A DNA stretch of 64,000 nt from Balanoglossus misakiensis (Eukaryota > Animalia > Hemichordata). Numbering within the stretch: the stretch's first letter is position 1; the number at the start of each line of letters is the position of its first letter. Under the pieces are notes generated by a model. The model ran no database searches. It saw only the letters and a program-made list of their open reading frames with translations, and was not told the DNA's origin. Of the stretch, positions 1 through 13,500 are shown one piece after another. Location: assembly GCA_040954595.2 (NCBI GenBank), contig CM082598.2, forward strand, positions 5,843,097 to 5,907,096, read 5' to 3'. The position numbers and the translations under genes are program-made.

Positions 1-3000
1 GCATACTGAACACACCGGATCAGAATCATGGACAGCCGACAGGGCAAGGAACGCGTTGGTTTCGTACTCTGCGCCGTACATTCGACTCTGACTTTGATAC
101 CCAGAACGAGGGCTGTCGTAGATTGGGTTCAGAGGTAGACACTGGTAGTTGGCACCGCTACCGGACTGAGTATAGTAACTACCACCGATTAAACCTGTAA
201 TAAATTAAAGGCGATTTTTTGATATCATGCAAATGGCAGCTTTTTTCAGGTACATGAGCTGCAACTGGATAAAAATATTAAAGTTTTAAATAATCTCATC
301 TATGCTTTTAATTATGTCTATTAAATAATATTTCATGATAAACATATAGCGGGCTCAACACTTATTTATGACAAAATGGCCAAAAATTAAAGAAAAACGA
401 AACTTCCTGCAATTTTTGAAAAAGTGCAATATTGCAATGAAATGGTGGCGGCCATATTCGCTTGCGGCAAAGCTTTATTATGATTTATCTGGTTAAAACT
501 TGCATATGCACTCATATTTAGGGTTTATAATGCTTGTGTATAGTTCACCGCCTTCATCTGCATGGACTAATGGTAGTACAGTTTGAAACAAAAATTATGA
601 TAATTATCCCAAAAGTTGCAGCTTATGTGCCTTTAAGGTATGTACTCTTGGGAACAATCTTTGAATTAGAAACGGGTGACATATATTTCTTATAACAATT
701 ATGACGGGAGGACGGCTTGTGGAATGGCTATGGCACTCTGATGTGTGTCATCCCCTTAATGTAAAGTCAAGATACGTTTAATCGACATACCATCGTAAAC
801 GAGTTCCGCCGTAGAGGGACACGTCTTCCTTCCCCATCGTACATACACAGTGCCTGTGTCATTCCGGACTCCACTGCGGATGTTTTCTACGATTTCTGCA
901 ATGTCAACGGGAGGTGCTGTTGGCCCTGGGAGACCCGGAGTTCCTGGTGGTCCACGCAGTCCAGCTGGGGGAGTGGAACAGATAATTGATGATAAAGGCC
1001 AGAGAGAAAAAAAATCTTGTTCATCGGATTTTTTGGACCAAGTTCCAGGAGCGGCGAGCGAATATTTTTTCTGTTATTTTTTTAGGCTGAAGGTAAATGC
1101 GATTCTCTGGCATATTTGCACAGATGCAGACAAGGCGAGATAATTGTTTCTCTTTTTACCAGAAATATCTCAGACAAAAACACTGATACATATACTTGTA
1201 ACTGAATTCAATACTATATTTCCCAACAATAACATAGGCAATTACATTTTACAGTTGGTGTTTGCACAACATATTCTGGCCACCAGCGGCAGTACTAAGA
1301 ATTTTGTAACGCGGAAGTAGAATTTGCCGAGATCCAAAAAAAAATCCCAAATCAGCCAAAGTAGAAGCGGCGATTCCGATGAACAATTTATTTTTTCTTT
1401 CTGGCCTAACGTGTTTTATGATATCATGGTGCAATCATTTCTTTACCATTTTTCCTTAGTTTAATGACACAGACTGACACACTTGAACGTCCTACCTGGT
1501 CCAGCCTTCCCACGTATTCCTTGTTCTCCGGTTTCTCCCCTCGGACCGGGATTTCCTCTCGGTCCCGGCTCTCCTACAGGACCTGCACTCCCCTCCTCGC
1601 CCGCTACGCCATCTCTGCCATCTCTACCCGCAGCCCCTTGCAAACCCGGTGGCCCGATGACTCCAGGTAACCCACGGGGTCCTACCGGCCCGGGAGCACC
1701 AGCTGGTCCAGATTGTCCCACGTGACCACACAGGTGTGCGACTTCAATGAAAACAAATGGAATTGTAACACACCATGCAGCGAACCCTCGATCGTGATTC
1801 GGCAATACGCCGTCACGTGACCTTAGTCATTTCGAACTGTTCCCTAGGGCATCATTTCGATCGGTTTCTGCCCGGTACTGTTGCCTCGTCTTGATATAAT
1901 TCCGTGTTTGGTGTGTTACAAAACACATGACGACTGACATATTCGGGCAACAGTGTATTTTGCATCTCGGGACTGCCAGTCACACCAAATCAGTCTGTTT
2001 ACCCTCGGGCTATGCCCTCGGGAAAACAAGACTGTTTTAGTTGTGACTAGCAGCGCCCTCGGTCATCAATATACACATGATGACTGACAATGAGGGCAAC
2101 AGTGTATTTTGATGACCGAGGGTGCTGCTAGTCACAACTAAAACAGTCTTGTTTTCCCGAGGGCATAGCCCGAGGGAAAACAGACTGTTTTGGTGTGACT
2201 GGCAGTCCCGAGGTCATTAAAAATACACTGTTGCCCGAATATGTCAGCCATCATGTGTTTTATAACACACCAAACCGATCGAACTGATGCCCAAGGCAAC
2301 AGTTCGAAATGACTAAGGTCACGTGACGTCGTATTGACGAATCACGATCGAGGGTTCGCTGCATGGTGTGTTATAAAATACATTGTTGCCCTCATTGTCA
2401 GTCATCATGTGTATACTGTCATAGCCAATGTAAATGTACACGGAAGCGTTGTTTACCAAATATATATGTTTGGAGTTGTACGACAGCTACATTGTAACCC
2501 TTAAGTGCCCATATTTTGCCTACATACATACATACATACGCCCATGGCTGAAATGGCGTATTTGGGTGTTCTAAAAAACATATGGTGGCGCGCTTTTTAT
2601 GATTGGCTAGATCTCAATTTACCATGGTAACTATTATCTAAATTTAACACGATTGGAACTATTTTAGGATAATTGCATGGTAATAAACTGTGTAAAACTC
2701 TCAGCACACTGCATGTAGCCTACACACTCGACATATTTTCATTTTGTTTTGTTTTGTTTTGTTTCGGTCAAACAATGACAGAAATAGCACATTCTCCCCA
2801 AGTACAACGATATTAATAGTTTTGTACACATTTTAGCGGTATGCAATTATCCCAAAATAGTTCCAATCGTGTTATTTGCATTAGTGACCGTATACCTTTA
2901 ATCTTTCTTGTGGACGAACTTTGGCATGTAGCAGCACCTGTATAAGCTTAGTACTGATTTCTATTAAAGTTATTGCTTACCATATTTTTATGAGATACAG

Positions 3001-4259
3001 TGAAACCTATTCATTACAGATACCTCTCTAGTCAGGACACATATTTACCTTTGCAAACGATGCCCGTGCACCTAAGTCTTACTTTGATTAAAATATACAT
3101 ACCCATCTCTTCTGTGCTGTGAGTGACGTCACGTTTGGCTACACCAGCATTTCGATCATAATCCTCATTCTGCGTGGCCTTCAAGAGGTTTTGCTGTTAC
3201 ATAAAGTACATATCATTATTTTTTAAAGACAATTACTGCCTCTCGTCATCTGATTACAAGATGATCTGAAATAAGCTTACAATATATAAATCGATCATTT
3301 TCTGTGAAATATTCCACTTCCAGCCGCCACTATAGCATAGGCAATCAATAAGTGAGATGCAGTAAAATTCTGAGTAGGTTGCCCTATATTATTATTAGCA
3401 CAGTATAGTTTGTTATGACAAACTAGGCGGGAAATAAGCCCAGTCCCACATATGCGGGTCACACACGCACAATTAAGACGGTTCTGAAGCGTCTCAGATC
3501 AGATACCATCTTTAAAAAACAACACATGTGGACGGTGTAAGTGGTTCTGAAACGTCTCAGATTTGAGACAGCTTTGCCGGCCAGACCTGAGCCGGTGTAA
3601 GGATTAACACCTCTCCGCAACCAATTGTCTATGGGACTGAGCCTCAGCGCCTATACCTAAACTTTGTGTGTGTGGACACAAGGCGACTCAAAGGATTAAT
3701 GCTCTGTGTTTACCATAGGTGAATAGTGTCTCTGAAACGTTTCTAATTTTACCCTGTCTGAACCTGGTAACAGATGTAATGATGGATAAATCGATCGCTT
3801 ACTGCGCTAGGCCGCCACTAGCAGAGACACTCAAAATCACCGCCCGATAAAATGTTACGTATTTTGTCATTATGAGCACATATTTGTCACATAAAAATAA
3901 CAATTCTGGCAAATGGAAATAGCCAATAACTCGGGATTGCACGTATTTCTTTCTTGAAGCAAGGAAGTTAATTTCTTCAACTGATTTGAAACATAGACTG
4001 TGAAACTGATCGTATTGTTCCGACGACAACATTACTGTTACGGGATTCGATGGGTTAATTTTGATCAAACCATGCATAGACCACGTATACTGTCTAAGAT
4101 TAAACAACTTACCATCTCGCTAACTCTTTCTTTCATCTCCAATAGCCAAACAACCGTCAAGATGTTACAGCTCAGAGCAAACAATGCCAACAGAATTGCA
4201 GCCACGGCAGTGTGACTTCCACTGCAGACGGCATACGATGTCTTCTTCTGTCCATCCAT
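1..4259 (-). CDS. Type II membrane collagen with short-chain collagen C4 (spongin-related NC1-like) C-terminal domain; 3' end lies outside the window
   Basis: Phase-compatible GT-AG exons: 4259-4113 ([32 protein letters not shown], hydrophobic anchor), 3193-3103 ([20 protein letters not shown]), optional 2937-2896, 1741-1496 (Gly-X-Y), 964-791 ([35 protein letters not shown]), 194-1 ([43 protein letters not shown]). About 31 Gly-X-Y triplets. YVRWGR-CP, GGS-Y-GSGANY-CLP and YGAEYE match short-chain collagen C4-like proteins (recalled). Confidence 0.85.
1765..2415. mobile_element. Two nested copies of a ~310-bp element with asymmetric ends (one inverted copy at ~2070-2375 inside the other)
   Basis: Ends TATAACACACCATGCAGCG and GTCAGTCATCATGTGTATA. 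Single copies at 17936-18246, 26483-26819, 37108-37411. Confidence 0.85.
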
Positions 4260-7200
4260 TGCGTTCTTATGGCCAGAAAGCGCGAAAGAATTGAGAATGA
4301 CCGGACACTACCGCGTCATATTCATGGTAAACAGGAAACGGGATGTTTTTATGTGGTACCTGGGAGTGGAAATTTGTCTGAATTTGCCCAGACCCCTGGA
4401 TATTATGCAAATTTTTATCTTCCAGGGATGAAGTACCCTTCCATAGTACGGCAGAGGGTAGACGGGCACATATCTAGAGTATTGGCACAATACATTCACT
4501 CAGTAATCCCTCTGGAGTCAACCTAAATAAGGCACAGTCACAAATTTCAGTATTTCGACTTTGATGAGCCTAAAGCATTGTTTTCATTTGTATATTCATG
4601 AACATTCGACATTTCCCGCACCCGAAAAGACGGTTTCGATTAATCACTGTGATTAATCACGGTGCGGGGTATAAAAGACCCCCCAAATCAGTGGCGAATC
4701 TTAATGCCGTTTGACTGACAACAGACAACACCAACGATCTTGGCTCTACGAAAATCGGCCCAAACAGGTCCAAGCATAAAGAATTACACCACACAACACA
4801 GTAGTTGGCTTTATAAACACACACAACATAAAGTTATCGACGAAAAAGTACACGAGTTTTTGAAACAACGATGATTTTGGCAGAAATCTGGTTTCAGTGC
4901 TTTTCAGAAGCGTCCCTGGGAAACAATAACCACGCCATTCAAACAGCTGTCAATCGCGTGGAAGTGTAAAGTGTTCAATTATTTTCTATGTACATGAGAT
5001 CAATTTACTCAGTCATTATGCACGACGACCACTCCCAAATAAACAACTATACAAACAGACGTTAATCCGAACCCCGGTACTTTCCGCTCCGGGGTTTAAG
5101 TTTTCAGCCTCTAGCTTGTCTCACACGCATGTTCCAAATGCATCTACTTTTTCAGTGTTTCTATAAATGGTGAAAGCTAATATGACTGCTTGAAGCGTAA
5201 ACAGGATGTCTTGTTTCTAATCGAAGGGAAACTTATGGATCATAAATCAAAATCAACATGTATGCTTCACAGCTGCATGAGTTATGCTTCTACACTGTCT
5301 TCGCTAGTGACAGACCGTATCGTCTTGTACTTGTTGAGTCATACAAACGTTTCTTATCAGTTTTGTTATAGACACCAGAAAAGAATACGAAATTTATGTA
5401 ATCGGCAAAAGCTTAACCTCATGATCATTTGTGAGGCCAGTACTGTGGTGGTGATGGTGTTGGTGATGGTCAGAGGGAGCCACTGGGAGTGTAAAACAAC
5501 ACAGCCGTGGAGGGAAAACAAGACACCGTTTATGTTATTCTACATGTGGATATATAGTGAATTAACGTTCAGCCACACACAACTTCCATCACGTTTGTAG
5601 GATATGAGAGTAAAAATCTGGCCAAAATGAACAAATGGTAAACACCGATTATTCATTTTGGCGAGTTTGTCACTCTCGTGTCTACAAGTTGAATGGAAGT
5701 TGTGTGTGGTCGAACGTTGATTCACTATATATCCACATTTACATTAACATAAAGGGTGTCTTGTATCAAACATAATTAATGGGAAAAGGGGCAGCGAGAG
5801 AGAGACTTTGTCCCTTTAATGTCAAAGCGACGCCCACACAACATGTAGCTATTTATATCACACTTAGATCTAAACAAATAGATCAAATGTAGGCCTACAA
5901 CTATATTGACAGAAACAATCGCACCTTGTCCTGGGGTGACGAGGTCCACATTTTTAAAACAGCGTGACCTAGATTTAACTGAATATGCTCTCGTGATTAA
6001 TTAATTACCCTGTGAACAGTTGTCAGAATCTACGAATTTTTACTAACTGAGGCCTCTTTCTTCTTTCGTCTATTTTTGGAAACAGTTTGTTAAAGGATTG
6101 ATGACGAAGTATCTTGTGCAGTTCGTTACAACATATAAGGATCGCCTTGAGAGCGAAATTGTCCCAAATTTGACATTCAAAATAGTCGCCAATCTCCGTG
6201 TTACCTCTTTGGAGAAAAATATAAAAGTTGTGATTTATATCAAAACAAGATTGTGAATAACACTTTCTTTTCTTCCTTAATTTCAAAAAGACTTCAATTC
6301 GCACACACTGCAATACAGCAGAGACTTGAAAGATTTGGGGGACCACAGATCAACTTTCTTAAACGCCTGTCCCCAATTGCAAGCTTAAGGTTTGCACGGC
6401 CAGATAGCCACAGACAGATATTAACTCCCTGTGTGAACACGGGACCTAAAATTACAACTCTGCACTAGTTTAAATTGGTGAGCGTTCACGTACATATACT
6501 ATGTCGCCGAGCTGGGGCATTTAACACGCTCCAGGGTTAGTAAAACTGTAGTTGTTACCCAGACCAAAAACAGAGAAAATATCATCAAAAATTGCAGTTT
6601 TTTTGTAGAGCTGCCACTTTTTGCATTATTTTCGTGATTTTATTTTCCAGCTTAGATTGGTACACCTAAATAAGCTTACTGATAGGTATAAATTAACATG
6701 GTATTGAAGCCCGATTGATTTGAGGTAACGTTGCATTTTGCAATTTGAAAACGCTGTTTAATCAGCCTCCATACAAACAGTAGGCCTAGGCAGCTATAGT
6801 GGTATGCGTCGCCAATAGATGACAAAATGATGCATATGCAACTAATATGGCTTAATGGTGAGGATTTCAGAGGATAGGGAATATCTTTCAAGTATTTTAT
6901 TGTGGAAAAGAATATGTGAAATTTTGGCTTTAAGGATGTACGTTCAGTAAAATTGAAAGTATTGTCATTTTTTTTAATTGTGGATTTTTTTATTCTCCTT
7001 TGTATGTATAATGAAAATCCGTAATGAAATATAGGGGTCACCGCGCTTGTTTTGCAATTTATCTCAAAATAGAGCGCGGTGACCCCTATATTTTATTTGA
7101 CCAATGAATTTATATTTTGCTGGACTGAGCTATGTGTAAAATATCGCAAAAATGACAATAGTAGAAGTTTGTTTTCTGGCGATGTAATCCTATGGGGAAA

Positions 7201-7505
7201 AGACCGGGCGCGCACTGTTTCCAGTTTATGTTCTGCGCGTACACCCCTTAAACAATTATGTGATATCAGGGTTATCATTACAATAGCATTATGACCGCTG
7301 GGTGATCCATGATGGACTCTGTTTAATCATCAACTGATGTATACTGTGTCTCTGAGTGTGTCAAACAGTGTTTGTTTTAACTTTGTCCTGTGTCCTTCGG
7401 CACAAGTGCGTTCAGGTACCAGTGCTTCTAGTTCATATGAAGCACTGCTAACAGCTGCTTCGTTGGCTATTTGGAGTTAGTGGCGTTCTTTCACCGAGAT
7501 CAATC

Positions 7506-10500
7506 ATGTCTACGTTAGAGGTGGTGGATATTGTGGTCATCCTGGCTTATCTTGGCCTTATATTTACCGTTGGCATGGCAGTGAGTATAATTACTTTTAA
7601 GGTCAATAATATAACGTTATATTGGTCGATGCGATGCGGCGTTTGCCATGCTGGACACAGGTCGAACTCAGTGCCAGTTCAAAATTAATAGTTAAGTAGT
7701 CATTAACTGAAATTACAGACGGGTACCAATTCACAAATATATTTAGTAGACTCGAGCAAACGATGGAAGGCGAGAAATGATAGAATAAGTGAAGGGGTCG
7801 TTGCGCCGCGTTTGTTTGTTGATAAACATTAGAATTCATCCCCAAAATCACCGAAATAAGATATTTTTTTTAGAATGGACGAAGCAGGCAACCGTAGCAT
7901 AGACTGAGCATGACAGCAACTGAAGATCCTAGTAGGTCGTGGCGACTGCAGTGAGGTTTGTGCTGGTATGGGAGGACATATTCTCACCAGGGGGGGGGAC
8001 ACCCACACGGCGCGACGACCTATTTCCTTTACCATTCGCTATATCTGGTATCGTTATCACTTGATTCGAGTTTAATAATTTTATCATACGGTGGAATGCA
8101 ACTTGTCAACGAACTGCAGATTCGTGTGATATTAAACCTGACAAACATAGTGCCTTTGAGAAATGTGTAACTGGCATTAATGCTAGCCTGGTGTCCAGAC
8201 CGCTGTGTATTTTAGATTCACACACTGCAGTCTGTATACCAGGTAGACTTGCTCCAAGTCTATGGGCTTCATTATGTGTAGGGAACGCGTAGGCCCGGTC
8301 GACGCTACCCGAAACCACAAGCTCAGTCCCAAATTCGAAACTCACCTCACTACCAAAAACACGCTCAAGGCAAGCATGCACGCAAAAATTATTGCAATTA
8401 TTTATTAAGACAAAACAAAAACACCAAAAACACTAAAAGTATTGAGATTTAAAAATCACCAAGCGACTAGTGGGCTAGTCTAGATACCAGGCTACATCAA
8501 TTCATATATACTTCATTCATCGTGAATGTTCTAGCAAACGATGAGATATGCTTCGGAAATTTCCATAAGGGACGAATCAAAAATTGATGACGTCGGGTTG
8601 GTCTCCAGTAAACATATTCGACAACAGAGAGACTGCAAGTAATTAGACCAATGCCAATACAATCACTAGTATAACTTCTTGCAGACGGCAATTTTCAAGA
8701 TGGTTCGAAACCTTCGTCCATGTGAATGCCTCTGTATATAATTTTATGACTCTCTATTTGCGAACATCTTCGCCCCAGCACCCCCCGTCATACAGAATGA
8801 TACAAAAAACAAGACTTTAAACAATGTGCTCCAAGATTTCAAAGTATTTCTCACACTCCTGGCACGCTGAGAGTGTGGGATCAGAGTGTGAGAACCCACA
8901 CTCTCACTGAATCAAAAGCTGTATATGACGCGAGCGCTGATTGGACGACAAAGCGTTCTTTTGTTAACGTGCTAAATGTTACCCAATGGCGCGACGTGTA
9001 TTATACAGACAGAGAGTGTACACCCGAGAACAGTCAATTTTATTTTCTACAACACGGCATCCACATCCACTGTATCTGATACATGATAGTAGTTACTTTT
9101 AAAAAAAAAATTAAAGATACTTTATATTGAAATTGAAGTTTTTTAAAACGAGGTAAGGGTAGGGCCAGTTAGCAAGATGGCCCACGGGGATTTATTCAGG
9201 GATTTGATAGAAAAAGTTGTCGGTCAGGCTTGTTTTCTTCTTCTGCCTTTCTCTTACACTTGCGATTCTAACCTTTCTCTTACCGATACCTGCTCGCGTG
9301 ATGCGCCCTCTGTTGGTGACCTCTTCCTTCCACCTGCCTTCAAAGGTTAGAATCGTAAGGGTAAGGGAAAGGCAGAAAACGAGAAAAAAAGGCTGTGACC
9401 GACAAACTTTTCGATCCAATTCCCGAATAAATCCCTGTGGATGGCCAACATTTAGAGGTCAAACGCTTCTTCATAATTCAAGCCATGTTGACAACACAAT
9501 GGTCGACGCCAAACAGACCTTGCTCTCAGATAAGATGAGAAGCAAAGGTTGAACCAAATCAAAGTAAAAAACAAACATGCGTACACGTGGCTGTCATGAT
9601 TATCACATATTTCAAGCGAATTCCTATAGAGACGTGAGTAAAATTACTTTGGTCGGCGCACACGGTGAGTAATTTTCCTCGCGAGGAAAAAAATATCAAA
9701 AGGCTGCCGCACACGAGAGAAATCAGCTGAGCAAAACGCCATTCGAGGAATTTTGCTCAGCAAGTTTCTCTCGTGTGCGGTGGTCTTGAGTAATTTTCCT
9801 CGCGAGGAAAAAAATATCAAACATGTTGAATATCGTGATCCGCGGCGCAAAAGTAAAAAGATCAGGAAAAATCGCCCGCACACGGAAGGAAAATTGCTGA
9901 GCAAAATTCCTCGAATGACTTTTTGCTCAGCTAATTTCTCTCGTGTGCGACGGCCTTAAGTTACTCACACGTCGACAAAATTGTGAAAGCAATGTCAGTA
10001 ATGCTTTATAACATTTAGAATTAAAATGACTTCATTGTAGTTAGATGCTTATCTTGTATGAACGGTTGATAAGATGGTCTATATATAGAGGAGATAAGAT
10101 AAGTTTCAAATTTCATCGACTCGGTGATGGGATGAAGTCAATATGATGATATCAAAAGTCTGTAGAATTTTTCGAGTATTCATCAACTATATTGTCTCAC
10201 ACACGATCCCATACCAGTACACTTATGTCATAACACTGAAATTAGGGTCCATCTTCAAGAACCGACGCCACATTTTGTAAACGGAGTCGTTTTCTTTACT
10301 TCGATTGGCTAAAGTCGTGACACTCAAATGAAGGACCATGTTGATGTTGTTGAAATTTAATATTCACGACACCATGAAATTTATTTTAATTTGGCCCACA
10401 TGCCTAAGGTATCTATGGGGATTTAGTCCCTTTATCTGAATTGTATAATTAATTTGTAACTGTTAATTATCGTTTTGTTCTCTCCCAGCTTAGGCTATCA

Positions 10501-13500
10501 GAATTGAGCTAAAACATATAGTGTTTTGTACATGGCCTGGCCCCACACGGGGAGCCTCGATATGCTTTAAAAGAATTCAGTATTTTGGAGAGAAGAAAAT
10601 TTTGGATAGAGACGGAGCAGTCGGTGGTTGGATGGTCACTTAGTCTGGGTCTGGCCGGACCTAGTAGGTCTGGCCAGAGTCCGGTCTCGGCCACTTCACG
10701 CAACACAATCAAGTCACTTGAACTCTACACGTTGCCGTCCGGGTACATCGTCCCCCCCCTCCCCCCCGGGAGACATGACACCTATAGGCCTATCGCGTAT
10801 TTCATTTTGAACGTTTGAAGTGATTGTTTTGTGTTTGGTGGACGCCACTAAATCCCCATAGATACCAAGCTGAAGGCAGATAGTGCAAGAGATAATGGTG
10901 ACAAGAAACATATAATTGATTGATGGGCTCGGGATTTGGTGGATGGTGGGCCGGGATTGTGGGCTTCTGTGTTTTAAAAATAAGCACGGTATATCTTAGC
11001 TCTGCGTACAGGTCTGTGTGTTCCCGGCGTTACACGGCCTCCCACCACAGCCCTGCAAGGCGCCATAGAAAAAACTGGTGCTTCTGCGGTCCGGATCCGG
11101 ACCGCAGCTTTTTCGGCCGAAATTCGATTTTATCGATCGGAAGCAAAATACCTTCCTAGTCTACTTCTACCTCCTAACTGACTTCAAATATGAAGTGATT
11201 AACTTTTCCTAACGTCAGAACTGCTCCCGTTCTGATTTATTTGTGTGTGTTTACATGTCGAGATCACCGTATTGAATGCAAGTCTTACAGCGAGTTTTTC
11301 TCCATGGGTAAACATAAAAGTTTTAGAAAGCGAGCGGTTCGGACGTTAGGACAAGTTAATCGCATCATATTTCGAGTCGGAATAGGAGGTAGACGTAGAC
11401 TAGTAAAATTGCTTCGATAAAATCAAATTTCGGCCGAAAAAGCTGCGGTCTGGATCCAGACCGCAGAAGCACCAGTTTTTTCTATGGCGCCTTGCAGGGC
11501 TGTGGTGGGAGGCCGTGTAACGCCGGGAACACACAGACCTGTACGCAGAGCTAGGTATATCTAATCACCTCCACCACATCCATCAAGGTAGCCTGGTCTC
11601 CATACCCAGTGTGTTTTAGATAGACTCACACTTCAAAATCCAAGAGAGTTGAATGCGTGTCCAAGCCCTGTGTGTGAGTCTAGCCTATCTAAAACACACA
11701 CTGGGTATGGAGACCAAGCTACCACCAAGGTGACATTGAAATAAAACAAACTCGACAATGAACGTTGGCTCGGCATTTAACTTGGGTCCGTCTTGGAGGG
11801 TACGGTACGCTATAAGGGCACGCCTATCGACGACCCCCTAACAGTGTTTATTGCCACTTTCGATTTGTTTCATTCACCATGCAATCTACTTGCCCTGATT
11901 ACGGATACTATTACTGGCCTAGGCTCAATATCTGTACGCGTTGGTATGTGTCTCTATATACATAGACCAGAACATAAACTAGTTTTATCCCTTCCTACTA
12001 ATAGAAACCGAGGCTGGGGCTGTTTTCAACTCGCTTTTAAAATCAACTTTAGCCAGTACCATTTTAACCCTAAAAGTACGCATCTTTTCACAAAGGGTAC
12101 CTTCATTTTGGCCTTTCATTCGCTTCCCAGATCTCTGTGTGAGGGCGCTCCCATGTTAGTGACCTCAATTGACCCCGATGACCCATGACCCCGACCCCAT
12201 TTTAGTCTCTCTCCGGCCATGTCTCCGTGCAGATGGAGTGGAGATAGATATGCTCTGGCTCGCGAGAATCAGTGAGGACTGTGTTGGATTATATAATAAT
12301 TTACTGTTTCTAATTTGACGTATTCTGTGTTCTGTATCCTTCAGACAACATGTCGTCCAAATCGCGGAACGTCGGCAGGCTATTTCTTGGCAGGGAGGGA
12401 CATGACATGGATCCTGGTAAGTTCTCTTGCAAACTATTATAAATTGTAAAATGCATCATGTCGGGCCATTGCTGCAGTTTTGCAGCCCCTCCGTCTCCCC
12501 TGGACGATTTTTGTTTTTGCGGGGAGAGGGCTCCCCGTCCAAAACAAAAATCGTCCAGGGGAGCCGCAGGGGCTGCAAAACTGCAGCAAGTCGGGCGACA
12601 GAGAGCTCTTCCTCCTTTGCAATGAGTGAGTGAGTGTGTGTGTTTGTTTGTTGTTATTGATAGACGTATTTAGAGAAAAATATTCTTTTGTTTGTTGACA
12701 AATATGGCAATGTTTGTTTGTTGACAGGTTTGGGTTTAAGGGTGTATTCATCCGTTAGGTTAAAGGGACAAAGTCTCTCTCTCGCTGCCCTTTTTCCATT
12801 AATTATGTTTGATACAAGACACTGTTTATTTTAATGTACATGTGGATATATAGTGAATCAATGATCAACCACACAAAACTTCCATCCCACTTGCAGACAC
12901 GAGAGTAAAAACTCGCCCAAAATGAATAAATGGTAAAGAACGATTATTCATTTTGGCGAGTTTTTTCACTCTCCTGTCTATAAGAGGGATGGAAGTTGTG
13001 TGTGGTTGAACGTTCATTCACTATATATCCACATGTAGAATAACAAACAGTGTCTCCTATCAAATATAATTAATGGAAAAAAGGGCAGCGAGAGAGAGAC
13101 TTTGTCCCTTTAAGGGTTAAGGTATAATTGTGATAGGTTTAGGGCGGTGTTACCGTAACAGGACCTGGATCGATCCAACCCTTTTGACATGTTGGCACCC
13201 CACCACCACCACCACCCCCTGTTGATGCCATCCTGGATGGACCCCGGGATGGAACACTGCGGTTATAGGTTCATTTGGGATCTGGTTCACTTAGTGGACA
13301 CGACTATGCCCCATGGGCGATACCATGGTTTTTTAGGGTTAGGGTTAGGGTTAAACTCACCCTCACATTGCCACCCCTAACCCTCCTAACCCTAACCCTA
13401 ACTCACCCTCATTGCCATGGTATCGTTGCCATGGGGTATACTCGTGTCCTCTAAGTGAACCAGATCCTTCATTTGCTCCACAGCAAGGGGAATTCTGGGG

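Noticed and set aside
4665-4700. GGGTATAAAAG as a TATA box
   Set aside because: It is on the wrong strand for the collagen gene and ~2.8 kb from the SLC5 start; no supporting evidence.
5190-5819. Recurrent short ORFs such as [15 protein letters not shown] / [11 protein letters not shown] / [13 protein letters not shown] suggesting a small-protein family
   Set aside because: These are chance translations of K1 and K2 MITE copies with inconsistent frames and stops.
13333-13402. Ancient telomere-telomere fusion site
   Set aside because: The repeats sit inside TIRs with a perfect 8-bp TSD, so they are part of a MITE.
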